Source: Candidatus Kerfeldbacteria bacterium
GTDB taxonomy: Bacteria > Patescibacteriota > Patescibacteriia > SBBC01
Assembly: GCA_043799405.1 (NCBI GenBank)
Contig: JAZDNT010000003.1
Span: 399,461-463,460, forward strand
Reading direction: 5' to 3'
Length of the DNA stretch: 64,000 nucleotides
Of the stretch, positions 1 through 10,255 are shown in pieces. Made by a program: the position numbers and the translations under genes. How positions within the stretch are numbered: position 1 is the first letter of the stretch; each line of letters opens with the position of its first letter. Under the pieces are notes generated by a model. It searched no databases. It had not been told where the DNA came from and saw only the letters and a list, made by a program, of their open reading frames with translations.

Positions 1-174
1 GAACGGCCGGAAACACTTGATGTCGGCGGCAACGTGCTCGTCGGTTCGGACGAAAAGAAGCTCATCGATGCCGTTGATCATTTCGCGCGAACGAAGATCG
101 AGTGGTCCAATCCATTCGGGGACGGTCACAGCGCCGAACGTATGATCGATATCGCGACGTCGCATGTCGCTTAG
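1..174 (+). CDS. wecB: UDP-N-acetylglucosamine 2-epimerase, C-terminal fragment (gene starts upstream of window)
   Basis: Frame 1 is open from base 1 to TAG at 172-174. The translation ...VLVGSDEKKLIDAVDHF...WSNPFGDGHSAERMIDI resembles the conserved NP(Y/F)GDG..A.RI C-terminus of WecB/MnaA epimerases. It is absent from the ORF track because there is no in-window start. Confidence 0.6.
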   Translation, partial: ERPETLDVGGNVLVGSDEKKLIDAVDHFARTKIEWSNPFGDGHSAERMIDIATSHVA

Positions 175-1612
175 AACTTCCATCATAAAAAATACGGCGT
201 GGCTGTTCACCGCTCAGATCGTCAGCATCACCCTGCTCTCGATCGGCGGTTTGATGCTCGCCCGCGTGTGGGGCAACGCCGTATACGGTATCTACGGATT
301 TGCCATATCCTTCGTAGCACTGTTCGGTTTCCTGATCGAATTCGGCCTGCCGACCCTTCTCATCAACCAGCTTTCGCAACGGCGCGAGGAGATCCAACGC
401 TTCATCAAGAACTACACCGCATTCAAGGTCGTCCTCGCGATCGTCGCGTTCTTTCTCATCACCCTCGTTATCTGCCTTACTGACAAATCCGCCGAGGTGA
501 AGGTGACAGTGGTTCTCATCGCGTGCAATACGATCATCGGATCCTTCATGTCGTTCTACTACGCCGTCTTCCGTTCGTTCGAGAAGATGAAGTACGAGGC
601 GACGTTGACGATGATCTTCAACGCGCTCGCGCTGGTCCTCATCATCGCGGTGCTCGTCGGCCATTTGGGGCTCCGCATATACGTGATCGCGAGCGTCGCG
701 CTGACCGTCCTTAACCTCTTCGTCCTCCTCCGCGTGCTCGGCCGCACCCATGCGCTGTTCGGCACGAAGCTCGATCTTCCCTTCATACGCCAAACCTTCC
801 GGCAGGCGGTCCCGCTCGCACTCAGTACGGTCTTCATCAGCATCTACTTCAGTCTCGATACGGTCATGCTCTCGTTCTGGAAGGACAACGCGACGGTCGG
901 ATGGTACACCGCCGACTACCGCGTCATCTTTTTGCTCATGACCTTCATCAACCTCTTCTTCGCGACGACGTTCCCAGTCATCTCGCGCCTCCTCGACCGC
1001 GAGAACCAGATGATCCGCGTCATCCTCGCTATGTCGCTGCGGATCGTCGTGACGCTCGTCCTCCCGGCAACGATCGCGCTATCACTTCTCGCGCCGCAGT
1101 TCGTCAACCTGATCTTCGGCGCATCGTTCGGACCGGGCGCTAAGGCGCTCTCCATCCTCATCTGGGCGGCGTTTTTGAGCGGCATCAGCATGGTCTATAG
1201 CAACACTGTGCTCGCCTCAGGTCGAAAAAAGATTTACGCATATGGTACAGCAATCGGTGCGCTGCTCAATATCGTTTTGAACATCCTCCTCATACCGCGC
1301 TGGAGTCTCAATGGCTCTGCAGTCGCAACTGTCGCATCCGAAATCATCGTCCTAATATACTTCATGATCTACTGCAACAAACGCGTCATCGGTGTTCCCG
1401 TAGAATCCCGGCTCGCGAAACCCCTAATCCTCTCGACTATCCTCATCCCGCTCTTCATTATTTCGCGCTCACTCCCCGTACACTTCCTCATCACCGGAAC
1501 GGGGATCGGCGTACTCTACTTCGCACTGCTGTTCGCTATAAAAGCCGTGACTCCGAGAGATATCACCGACGTCATCGCTTCTTTGCGATCGAAGGAATCC
1601 ACGACGACATGA
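164..1612 (+). CDS. Wzx-like polysaccharide flippase (MOP superfamily)
   Basis: 482-aa ORF that is hydrophobic throughout (about 12-14 predicted TM segments). N-terminus NTAWLFTAQIVSITLLSIGGLMLARVWG is typical of polysaccharide biosynthesis/flippase proteins. It overlaps the upstream epimerase gene by 11 nt. Confidence 0.75.
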   Translation: MSLRTSIIKNTAWLFTAQIVSITLLSIGGLMLARVWGNAVYGIYGFAISFVALFGFLIEFGLPTLLINQLSQRREEIQRFIKNYTAFKVVLAIVAFFLITLVICLTDKSAEVKVTVVLIACNTIIGSFMSFYYAVFRSFEKMKYEATLTMIFNALALVLIIAVLVGHLGLRIYVIASVALTVLNLFVLLRVLGRTHALFGTKLDLPFIRQTFRQAVPLALSTVFISIYFSLDTVMLSFWKDNATVGWYTADYRVIFLLMTFINLFFATTFPVISRLLDRENQMIRVILAMSLRIVVTLVLPATIALSLLAPQFVNLIFGASFGPGAKALSILIWAAFLSGISMVYSNTVLASGRKKIYAYGTAIGALLNIVLNILLIPRWSLNGSAVATVASEIIVLIYFMIYCNKRVIGVPVESRLAKPLILSTILIPLFIISRSLPVHFLITGTGIGVLYFALLFAIKAVTPRDITDVIASLRSKESTTT

Positions 1613-1743
1613 GAATCGTCATTTCACACAATAATCCCACCGGCGGCGCACTACGCGCTCACTACGCCAAGCGGGGATACCGGAACGTGCAACGGTTCTC
1701 GTGGGAAAAGACGGCCGCTGCGCTAATTGCGGCACTGCAATAA
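1609..1743 (+). pseudogene. Collapsed glycosyltransferase remnant (44 codons)
   Basis: ATGA overlap with the flippase stop. The translation MRIVISHNNPTGG...RFSWEKTAAALIAALQ joins a GT4-like N-terminal MRIV strand directly to a GT4-like C-terminal FSWEKTA...L tail. It sits exactly where GC-rich sequence gives way to AT-rich sequence. Confidence 0.4.
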
Positions 1744-1786
1744 CATCGCATCCAATACGGCTGCGTACGGTCGCCGTTATTGGGCG

Positions 1787-2404
1787 CTATGTGTTCCCGG
1801 TGAATCTGCTTTTTCTTCGATATTCCACAATCTGCAGAAGCATGTAAAATACCAACAAATAATAGACGTACATCGCGAAAGTTTCAGCGAGGAATTCATT
1901 TTTTAGTATGAGAAACAGCGGGCACATGCAAAGACACGTCAAGGCGATACCCGCAATATATTTTGAATCCCATTGATACGCATTGTACACTAAAAATAGC
2001 AGCCAGAAGAGCGCCAATAGCGCCCCGACCTTCCAGAAGAGGAGTACTGCAACCAAGGCGTACACAACGATCTTTATTGTAGATGCATATCGTTTTCGGA
2101 TGATGTCGCTAATGACATTTCCGACCACGGCCCCGACATGTTTCTTAATCGCGTCGATAATCGCGAGGTCTCGGTCATGTCTAGTGAAGGGTGCTATTTT
2201 TTTTATGACTTCAATGACGAGGACTGATAGCAATAAAATGAAAATGACATTAAACAACTGGCTCACCGTCATAATCTGCTGCTTCGAGATCAGCAATGGG
2301 TGAAACAGTATCATGATGCCGATCACCAGAAAAAGATAACTTGAACCAAGCCTCAAGATCAGGCTGAATAGCACGACGGCGATCAAAATTCCCAGGTAGA
2401 GCAT
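1787..2404 (-). CDS. Polytopic membrane protein, unknown function
   Basis: 205-aa ORF with about 6 hydrophobic segments. It is separated by 1 nt from the upstream giant membrane protein gene. Confidence 0.6.
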   Translation of the reverse strand: MLYLGILIAVVLFSLILRLGSSYLFLVIGIMILFHPLLISKQQIMTVSQLFNVIFILLLSVLVIEVIKKIAPFTRHDRDLAIIDAIKKHVGAVVGNVISDIIRKRYASTIKIVVYALVAVLLFWKVGALLALFWLLFLVYNAYQWDSKYIAGIALTCLCMCPLFLILKNEFLAETFAMYVYYLLVFYMLLQIVEYRRKSRFTGNT

Positions 2405-2405
2405 G

Positions 2406-5400
2406 TTAGTTCTTCCGCTTTGTTAGAATGCGCGCCACAGACACACCGACAAGAAGGTAGAGCAGTGCCAGGCCGAACGTTGTGGCGGCCACGTATTGTC
2501 CGATGATGAACATTTTTTGCGGCCTGTACTCAATGATGATCTCGATGTCCTTCGGTTTCGAACCGGCCCGATAGAACCAGATATTCGAGAAACCGTTGAT
2601 CGCCTGGTGGCCGCCTATTTCCTTTAAGTTGTTGGTTTCCCACGCGCTGCCCGACGGCAAGACATCGTTTTGAACGGTCACGGCATTAGCTGCGACGGCG
2701 CCCGAATCTTGCTGCGTAGCATTGTTCGGTGGGATAACTTTTTCTGATGCTACGTATGCCTTCCAGTTAACATTATAATTCTCGGTGAACACTACGGGAA
2801 TGTTACCGCTGGCCGACTTCAGCACCACACGGTACTTCGTCGGGGATATCTTGCGGTATTCCACCCGCGAGACCTCGTAAGCGGCCGGACTCCGTTCTTT
2901 CACGAACGAAATCGTTTCCGGCAGATTGACCTGCCGCAGTTCAAAATTATCGAAATTATTTACCGATGCATGGCTGCTTCCGGGAACGGAGAAGTAGATC
3001 AGCGCCCTATTGGACTCACCCTGTTCGTACACGAATTCCTCGTGATGCCATTTGGTATTGCCGGTAACCGCGCTGATGCCGTGACAGTAATCCTCCTCGG
3101 TCAACTTGAGGCAGACCGTTGGTTGTTCGCCAGATACATGCTGCACGTCATAGGAAAATACGTACTTCTGATGGGGTTGAAGATTGCCCACCACCTTCGT
3201 CTGGCACACGCCTCGCTGCGTGTTGTGGAACTGAAGGATGTGTTTGCGCGTCGCCGAGCTATTGACCGAGTAGTCGGATACTTCCGACGTACAGTTGTAC
3301 GTGGGTTCTGGCCAACCACCAGTCTCGAACGACGAGTCGACGACTAAATTTTGGATATTGATGGCGTCGGATAACTGTAATGTATATTTCCCCTGACGGA
3401 GAAAGATCGTATCGGCATAGAGGGGATTGTTCTGCTGGAGTTGACGTTCGCTGGCATCTTGTTTCTCCAGCAACACCGTCTTCTTGTCCACATCCACGCT
3501 TTTCACGGTAAACACCACCCCGGGCGACGTGGTATCCCGACGCTTCTGATAGTATACGATCTGATACTTACCGTCCTCGGGTATGTTCAATTTGGTGATA
3601 ATTTGATGGTTGTTATGGAAAACATCCAGCGGTGAATCTTCGGAAAACTCAAGAGGGACGACCAATGTATTGGCGTTATATGTGCGTGCAGTGTTCACCA
3701 GGTACGCCGACCTATAGTTTTTGTTCAGAATGATGCCATCCAACACATTTCTTTCATTCCCGGCTATCCATGTTAATTGTTCGGGCACGTAAATGTGCGG
3801 CAGGTATTGTTCGTTTGACAATTGATAAATATCAAAATAATCGTTAGTTTGGGTCTTTGCCGTATCACGTAAATTCTTTAACCACGTATTGTAGTACTCC
3901 TGCGTCCAGTAACTCTCGTTCCTGAACGAGTTTTTATCATCGTACGATGGAATAGCTGAAGAGAAATCCCGTTTCAAATTGATGATGTCGCGAACATTGG
4001 ATAAACCGAGGTATCTTTCAGTGCAATTTTTTATCTGTTGGCAATAGCCAAATTGCACCACGTCAGTTAACAACGGCGATTGATCAGGGGATGAACCGAT
4101 GTCTTGTTTGGTCACCAGGTTAATTAAGGGGCTCACTCCGGAATAGAGTTTTTGGTCATCATTATATTTGACATAAAAACCCAATGGCAGCCAGAGTAGA
4201 CGATAATCACCGAAGTCGTTATTATATTTTTGTGCCAGAGAACTGTAAATATTTGATAATTGATATTGATGCAATCTTGAGCGATAAACATTCAGCACAT
4301 AAGGAGAGGCATTCAATAGTACGAACAGTATCAACGTACCAAAAAATGCCCGTTGATATTTTTTTTCTTTTCGCAGGTTGACATGCAGCGCGTAGACGGC
4401 TAACGCGAAAAGCCAGACGGCACTGAAGGTGATCAGATAGTAGAAATGGTTCAGATCGCGGAACATTCCGGAAAGCGGCAATTTGTAGAACCAGTCTCCG
4501 GTCCAGCTGAAGGGCTCGGCTCTGCCTTTTGCCAATACTATACCGGCTGCGAATATCACGAATCCGATAATGAAAAATCTATTTATAACCAGGCTTATTT
4601 TTTTTCGGTAAATACCGTAGGCGAGAAAGGGAAGGCCAAAGATCACAATCTGGCAAAATGCCCAGATATTATAAAACCATTTTAAATGTATGGTTTGAAG
4701 AAAATCCTTCACTGACCAGGAAACAAAAGGCAGATAGAAAAGATCCATGATGTTGTTCTGTTGGAAGCCCTGATATGAATTTTGCAATAGCCCCTGACTA
4801 AAAGTCGAAATTCCCCGGGGATGAGGCAGATATACCAGTAGCCACGAGGCAGAAAGCAAAAAATTGACGATAATGTAAACAACGAACAATTTAATGAGGG
4901 ATTTCCAGTGACGGAAATAGAAACAGGAAAAAACAAGGAGTAATACGGCATTGATAATAAAGAATTGAATTTGACTGGCAGCTAAGCTGAATACAACTGC
5001 CCCTGCAAGCGCCACGGCAAGGGTTGGCTTTTCAAGATACCGCATAAACAGATACACCAATAACGGCGTGAAACAAAAAGACAATATGTAACTGGTATAC
5101 CCATGATGGGTGACCAGGAATAATTGAGAAGAAGTCAGGTATAATAAACCAGCCATTACCGCTAACCAGGCAGGCAAAGCGATTTTTTTTATGAGCAGAT
5201 ATACGAAAAACGCCGACAGAGAAAACATGCCGACGAGAAATAGTATTGTGATTGCATTGCTGCTTACATGGCAGTTCAATAAAAGCCAGTAAAACAATAG
5301 TACATAATAATGATTTCCAGGAGTTATTTGATTATTTATCCAGGAGGAATTTAAAGGCGCTTTGACAAAATAATCTAAGGTTTGGGGGGGCATCCAGTCG

Positions 5401-5540
5401 TATGACAGTCCTATTGAAGCGGGGTGGACAATCAAGAACAGGAACATAACACAGCTGATGGCGATGAACACTAACAAGACCAAAAGGTTCCTGGTTGTGT
5501 TGCTGCGGAAATTGATGTTCATGCACATTATAGGTGACAA
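2406..5540 (-). CDS. Giant GT-C-like polytopic membrane protein with a large extracytoplasmic domain and C-terminal TM anchor (tentatively AftD/DUF3367- or YfhO-like)
   Basis: 1044-aa ORF. The N-terminal ~440 aa has many TM helices, followed by a ~550-aa soluble region and a final TM segment (FIIGQYVAATTFGLALLYLLVGVSV). The start may be an internal Met at 5522. Confidence 0.6.
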   Translation of the reverse strand: MSPIMCMNINFRSNTTRNLLVLLVFIAISCVMFLFLIVHPASIGLSYDWMPPQTLDYFVKAPLNSSWINNQITPGNHYYVLLFYWLLLNCHVSSNAITILFLVGMFSLSAFFVYLLIKKIALPAWLAVMAGLLYLTSSQLFLVTHHGYTSYILSFCFTPLLVYLFMRYLEKPTLAVALAGAVVFSLAASQIQFFIINAVLLLVFSCFYFRHWKSLIKLFVVYIIVNFLLSASWLLVYLPHPRGISTFSQGLLQNSYQGFQQNNIMDLFYLPFVSWSVKDFLQTIHLKWFYNIWAFCQIVIFGLPFLAYGIYRKKISLVINRFFIIGFVIFAAGIVLAKGRAEPFSWTGDWFYKLPLSGMFRDLNHFYYLITFSAVWLFALAVYALHVNLRKEKKYQRAFFGTLILFVLLNASPYVLNVYRSRLHQYQLSNIYSSLAQKYNNDFGDYRLLWLPLGFYVKYNDDQKLYSGVSPLINLVTKQDIGSSPDQSPLLTDVVQFGYCQQIKNCTERYLGLSNVRDIINLKRDFSSAIPSYDDKNSFRNESYWTQEYYNTWLKNLRDTAKTQTNDYFDIYQLSNEQYLPHIYVPEQLTWIAGNERNVLDGIILNKNYRSAYLVNTARTYNANTLVVPLEFSEDSPLDVFHNNHQIITKLNIPEDGKYQIVYYQKRRDTTSPGVVFTVKSVDVDKKTVLLEKQDASERQLQQNNPLYADTIFLRQGKYTLQLSDAINIQNLVVDSSFETGGWPEPTYNCTSEVSDYSVNSSATRKHILQFHNTQRGVCQTKVVGNLQPHQKYVFSYDVQHVSGEQPTVCLKLTEEDYCHGISAVTGNTKWHHEEFVYEQGESNRALIYFSVPGSSHASVNNFDNFELRQVNLPETISFVKERSPAAYEVSRVEYRKISPTKYRVVLKSASGNIPVVFTENYNVNWKAYVASEKVIPPNNATQQDSGAVAANAVTVQNDVLPSGSAWETNNLKEIGGHQAINGFSNIWFYRAGSKPKDIEIIIEYRPQKMFIIGQYVAATTFGLALLYLLVGVSVARILTKRKN

Positions 5541-5546
5541 CCTTGA

Positions 5547-8213
5547 TTACTCTTTCGTGGTTGTTGGTTTCGAATTTTTCCTTTGTTTCGCCCAGTAGTT
5601 ACAACCCAGAAAGCCGAAAAATCCAAGGAATGCGACCCCAGTAAGCATCATGCCGAGGTAGAACAGCCGTTGCGGGTAATATTCCACCACCAAATTGAAA
5701 TTATACGTTCCGTCCTGATTACGCGTACAGATGATCGATTTTCCGCAAATATCGCTCGTTGTAACGACCCAGCCGTTGGAATACCCGTTGGCCATAAAAT
5801 GATACTGCGCTGGAATTTCCAATGTGTTGTTTGAAGGGAAATACGTTTCGTAGAAATGGCCGGAAGGAATGTTGTCGTTCTGTATGGTGCCTTTAAAGTT
5901 CTTTGATATATAGCGCAGCCCATCATAGGCGAGCAATCCTTCGTCGATCAGCGTCTGCTTGTCGCTCGCGGTAATGCTGAATCTGTCTTGTGTATTGGGG
6001 AGTGACGGCGCGTGGGCGCTCACGATATTCTGCGGCCGTGCGTACAGTTTCCATTTGGCATCATAGGTTTCTGAAAACACGAGGGGGAAGTCTTTCTGCG
6101 CATGCGAAACGGTAATGACGTACTTGATAGGATTGACCTTATGAAAGGCAATGAGGCCCGGTGTCATTAGGGATGTTGGTTGCTGCGTCGCCGAGAGCGA
6201 GGGCGCATCCGTCGCCTTGTCCGTGCTGACGATAAGCGTGGTCTTGTGGAGCGCGATCGCTGCGGCGTTATCGTCTTTGGTGGTCTCAACGTACCTGTCA
6301 AAAAATCCCTTGTTCATCTCTTCGTTGCCGAGCACGTAGAGGCTCCTTGGCGAAAAATCCTCTTTACTTAAAAGATCGGGGTACCGATCGTACCCGATGT
6401 CAGCATAGACGACATCCTTCGGCACATAAAAAAGCGGGAGAAAATACGTTTCATCGATCGTATAGAGGTTGATGTAGTCCTTCTTGAACACCGGCATGAT
6501 GACGCCCCCGTCTTCGAGCTGGGAGATCTTGTCGTTGGCATCACCCAGAAACTTCTCGTCGACGTCCTTGTTGAACACCAGGTAGGAATCGTTCATAAGG
6601 CCCATCAGCCGCATGATCCATTCGGGGCGGGGATAGGTGGCGAACGTCTCTCCGTAGTTGAACCTTCCGATATTGAGGAACGAGGAGGGCGTCTGTACCG
6701 GTTTCCGGAACAGCTTCGTGGTGACGTCGTTGCCGATGAATTTCCATTTCGGGTACTGCGACCACCCCGGTGAATTGATGCAGCCGTAGGGAAGGTACTG
6801 CACCTTGAATTCATAGGGTGATTCGGTATTGACGATGTGCGACGCCTCAGAGTAATCGTCCGGGACCTTCACGAGATAGGAATAGGTAGCGGTCAGGTAG
6901 TTCTTGTCCTGATCGAACGCGAATGAAACGTTCTGCTGCAGCTTGCCGGTATAGAACGGGAGGGGAAATACCACCAGAACGGCGATCGCCACCCATTTGA
7001 TTGTCTGGTTGATCCTGCTTGATGAGATGAAATAGACGTAGATAAGCATCATGACAACAAAAGGAAGGAATACCATGAACTTGTCGTAACTCCTCGTCGC
7101 ATTGACGACGGGGAGGCTGAAGAACTTGACGCTCAATGACGCGAGCGGACCGTAGAATTTCGCTATTGCCACGATCAGTACCGCGAAAAACGACAGGAAG
7201 AACAGTCCGCGCCGCCGGTAGTGATCTGGTTTCCTCAACAATCCAGCCGCTACCAGCATGACCGGCAGGAAGGACAGTACAGTGAGCAGCATCCTCAACG
7301 CGGTATTCCGGATGACATAATCGGGAAATTTCCCGACGGTATTGATCGGCATGAATCGGATAATATCGAGGATATGCGTCGATTGCCACTTGATCCATGA
7401 CACGATGTCCCAACCGTCGAACGAATTCGCGAGTCCAGACGCCCCGCTGAACACGCTCGTGGAATACGGCAACAACCAGAAGATGTTCGTCATGAACAAA
7501 ACGCCATATACAATAATGCTGCGCTGTACGTACAGTGCGCCCTTCCTCAGATTGGAACAAATTATAAAGAGCGACATGAACAACAGCACCAGACAAAATG
7601 CCACCAGAAACCCGGGGTTGTTGAATCCCATCGAGCACAGAAACGATGCAACGACAAAACCAACGAGATGTTTTTTCGAACCGCTTCCTTCGATTATCCT
7701 GTACGCCAGAACCATCATGACCGGAATGAACAGGTAGAAGATCTGCTGGAACGTGTACCCGAACACGTGCATGAACAGATATAGGGTATATCCGTTCAGG
7801 CCGTAGACCAGGGAAAAGAACACCTGCCTGACCGCGGTTTTCTTATCTTCAGGAAACAGTATCCGCAGCGACCAAAAGAACGACGCCGACGCCATAAGGG
7901 TAAAGGCCGGTATACAGAGCGTCTGGAAGATGTTGTCAGGGAGCCTCAACAGCGACACAAGAACAATGATCAGCTGGTACGGCAATACCGCCTGGATCAT
8001 GGATTCCTGTCCCGACCCGTTCCCCAGCGAATTGCCCCAGGTGTAAAAATACGACCGGGCGGCGCCCTTCATATCGAAAAAAAAGGCGTCATCCGCTGCC
8101 GATACGATATAGCCCTTCGGGAACACGTTCGCGAAAAAGATCCACACGAAGATCGTGGCGATACCCACTACTACCGCGATCGAGAAAACTTTCCTGTTAC
8201 GAAAAAGATTCAT
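5547..8213 (-). CDS. Second giant GT-C-like polytopic membrane protein, same architecture as the neighbour
   Basis: 888-aa ORF with an N-terminal multi-TM domain, a soluble domain and a C-terminal TM segment (LFYLGMMLTGVAFLGFFGFLGC). It lies in tandem with 2406-5540. Confidence 0.6.
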   Translation of the reverse strand: MNLFRNRKVFSIAVVVGIATIFVWIFFANVFPKGYIVSAADDAFFFDMKGAARSYFYTWGNSLGNGSGQESMIQAVLPYQLIIVLVSLLRLPDNIFQTLCIPAFTLMASASFFWSLRILFPEDKKTAVRQVFFSLVYGLNGYTLYLFMHVFGYTFQQIFYLFIPVMMVLAYRIIEGSGSKKHLVGFVVASFLCSMGFNNPGFLVAFCLVLLFMSLFIICSNLRKGALYVQRSIIVYGVLFMTNIFWLLPYSTSVFSGASGLANSFDGWDIVSWIKWQSTHILDIIRFMPINTVGKFPDYVIRNTALRMLLTVLSFLPVMLVAAGLLRKPDHYRRRGLFFLSFFAVLIVAIAKFYGPLASLSVKFFSLPVVNATRSYDKFMVFLPFVVMMLIYVYFISSSRINQTIKWVAIAVLVVFPLPFYTGKLQQNVSFAFDQDKNYLTATYSYLVKVPDDYSEASHIVNTESPYEFKVQYLPYGCINSPGWSQYPKWKFIGNDVTTKLFRKPVQTPSSFLNIGRFNYGETFATYPRPEWIMRLMGLMNDSYLVFNKDVDEKFLGDANDKISQLEDGGVIMPVFKKDYINLYTIDETYFLPLFYVPKDVVYADIGYDRYPDLLSKEDFSPRSLYVLGNEEMNKGFFDRYVETTKDDNAAAIALHKTTLIVSTDKATDAPSLSATQQPTSLMTPGLIAFHKVNPIKYVITVSHAQKDFPLVFSETYDAKWKLYARPQNIVSAHAPSLPNTQDRFSITASDKQTLIDEGLLAYDGLRYISKNFKGTIQNDNIPSGHFYETYFPSNNTLEIPAQYHFMANGYSNGWVVTTSDICGKSIICTRNQDGTYNFNLVVEYYPQRLFYLGMMLTGVAFLGFFGFLGCNYWAKQRKNSKPTTTKE

Positions 8214-8379
8214 GGGTCTATGGACATTTCCGGTGATAGTACGCCTCTAGCACATTATAAATATACCATACTCCCAAAGAATCACATACGATACATTGAT
8301 TGAGTGATGACAACGAAAAATCGCGCCATATGCCCGCTGTGCTAACGGTCACCCTAATCGAGGAAAGCGAAGATATTCG

Positions 8380-9315
8380 CTATTCTTTGACCGCAGTGAC
8401 GGTCATCGTCTGACCGTATCCTGTACATGAAAGCACGACCTCGACCGGGATGAATAACAACCGGATGAGGTACCGCGCAACGGATTGGAATAGTAACTTG
8501 TGCAGCTTCGGATTCTTGTCCTGCAGCAGCACGCCGAAATTGTCCATCTGATCACCGAAAAAATTCACGTACGAAATCTTGACTGTCTTGAAGCCCTGCT
8601 GACGCAGCAAGAGCCGCATCGAACCGTTCGTGAACAGCACGACGTGCCGCGGAATATCGTAGTAGTACTTCGTGTGCGACCCGAACCATTTCCCCATCGA
8701 GTTGATGTTCGGGGTCTGCAAGACGAGTTCGCCGCCCTTCTTGAGCTTCCGGTACGCCAGCGCAGCGAATATTTTTGGATCGGGCATGTGTTCGATCACG
8801 TGCGAACCCCGGATTGAATCGAAAAAATCATCGGAATAGACGGAGAGGTCCTTTTCGGTGCCCAAACGCACGTTGTCGAGGCCATGGCTGTGGCAGGTGT
8901 CCACGGCGATGCTACTGATGTCCATCCCATACACATCAAATCCGGCGTTCTTCAACAGGTGCAGAATGTCACCGCATGCACACCCGAAATCAAGGATCCG
9001 TCCGGTCTTCGAAGGAAGCGCGGATACGAACTGTCCGAAAAATTCGGCTATCTTCTTCCACGCGATTTTTCGTGTCGCACGGTATCTCTCTTTAATGATC
9101 CATTCCTTTGCCCTAAACTGCAATGTCCTGTTGCTCTGGAGATCGACGTAGTAATCCGATTGGTAGAACTCGGACAGGTTATCCGGCGGTACGATAAACT
9201 CCGTGTGGCAGTCTCTGCAGCGAAAGACGTCAAATGTTCCCGGCATCGTCTTCCGCCTATCGCGCTGGGAGAACAGAAATTTCGCGACATCACTACCGCA
9301 CACGGGACATTTCAT
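8380..9315 (-). CDS. Class I SAM-dependent methyltransferase with N-terminal zinc ribbon
   Basis: MKCPVCGS...FRCRDCHTEF is a CxxC...CxxC ribbon. ILDFGCACGDIL is a SAM-binding motif I. An alternative start is at 9342. The longer track ORF (to 9618) overlaps the upstream gene and is unlikely. Confidence 0.75.
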   Translation of the reverse strand: MKCPVCGSDVAKFLFSQRDRRKTMPGTFDVFRCRDCHTEFIVPPDNLSEFYQSDYYVDLQSNRTLQFRAKEWIIKERYRATRKIAWKKIAEFFGQFVSALPSKTGRILDFGCACGDILHLLKNAGFDVYGMDISSIAVDTCHSHGLDNVRLGTEKDLSVYSDDFFDSIRGSHVIEHMPDPKIFAALAYRKLKKGGELVLQTPNINSMGKWFGSHTKYYYDIPRHVVLFTNGSMRLLLRQQGFKTVKISYVNFFGDQMDNFGVLLQDKNPKLHKLLFQSVARYLIRLLFIPVEVVLSCTGYGQTMTVTAVKE

Positions 9316-9328
9316 GCCTGCGATGGTG

Positions 9329-10255
9329 CTACCGGTAGCCATGGAACGATATGGTTTTACGGCGAGGGTAGTATTTCTGCGTTGTCTCGGCAAGCTGGTC
9401 CAGTTGCGAACGGCGCAGACTGACATTCCGCCAATGCTCCAGTACACACTCATCTGGATATGTTGAGTACACGTACTGGCCGTAGGTCTCGTAATCTGAG
9501 ACAAACGACCCCTCATTAACGTCGATATTGTCCATGATAGCCCGGTACCATTCCGTTCCGCAGTGCGCTTCGATCTTCCGTTTGAGCGCGGCCATCTTGC
9601 TCTTTTGGACCAGCACATGATGGCTGGTAAAGTTCACCACCGCCTCGACTGTTTCTCCGGTCAGCTTCCGGTATGTGGTAAGGTATGGGATGTGGCAGAA
9701 CTGGCCACTCGCCGGCATGATGACCTTTCCCTGGTCAACGAACTTCTGGGGTCGGCAAAACACGGTATCCGCGTCCGTGATTAAAAAATACTCGTGCGTC
9801 GCGTATACATCTCCGCTCCATTTGAGAAGTTGCTGGAACAGCCAACCGGATCTATCGATGCCTGATACGAAATACCGGATGTCCTTTTTCGTGACCGGCA
9901 ATACGGTATTCTCATCGATAAAAACACACTGTTTCTCCCTGCACAGCGCGACAATAGCTTCCGATTTCGGGCTGATGATGAATATGGTGCCGAGGGGGTG
10001 CCTGACGTACTCCCGTATCGAATCGATCACATGCACGAGAACCCCGTAATCCTTCTCGGCGGCGGCCATTACGACATCGATGGGAACGTCCGAACTGACT
10101 TTGTCGTCGAAGTTAACGTCCTTCCCGCTGATTTTTTTCCACCATAGCCGGGCCATAATGCACCTGTTCTTCAGCAGTACCAGCGGATGGCGCGTGTAGT
10201 ACCGGATGATCGGATGGCCAATATAATACCTAATTTTGTACCATGTTCCCATCAC
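9329..10255 (-). CDS. Uncharacterized GT-A-like nucleotide-sugar transferase candidate
   Basis: 308-aa ORF. EYFLITDADTVF contains a DxD-type motif after a beta-strand, as in GT-A folds. ATGA overlap with the upstream methyltransferase gene. Confidence 0.45.
   Translation of the reverse strand: MMGTWYKIRYYIGHPIIRYYTRHPLVLLKNRCIMARLWWKKISGKDVNFDDKVSSDVPIDVVMAAAEKDYGVLVHVIDSIREYVRHPLGTIFIISPKSEAIVALCREKQCVFIDENTVLPVTKKDIRYFVSGIDRSGWLFQQLLKWSGDVYATHEYFLITDADTVFCRPQKFVDQGKVIMPASGQFCHIPYLTTYRKLTGETVEAVVNFTSHHVLVQKSKMAALKRKIEAHCGTEWYRAIMDNIDVNEGSFVSDYETYGQYVYSTYPDECVLEHWRNVSLRRSQLDQLAETTQKYYPRRKTISFHGYR

Noticed and set aside
62-793. 243-aa minus-strand ORF antisense to the flippase gene (plus several small + and - ORFs in 199-1191)
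   Set aside because: The translation is highly charged and repetitive (EDEE, RDDEDQRE). The sense frame encodes a convincing 12-14 TM flippase.
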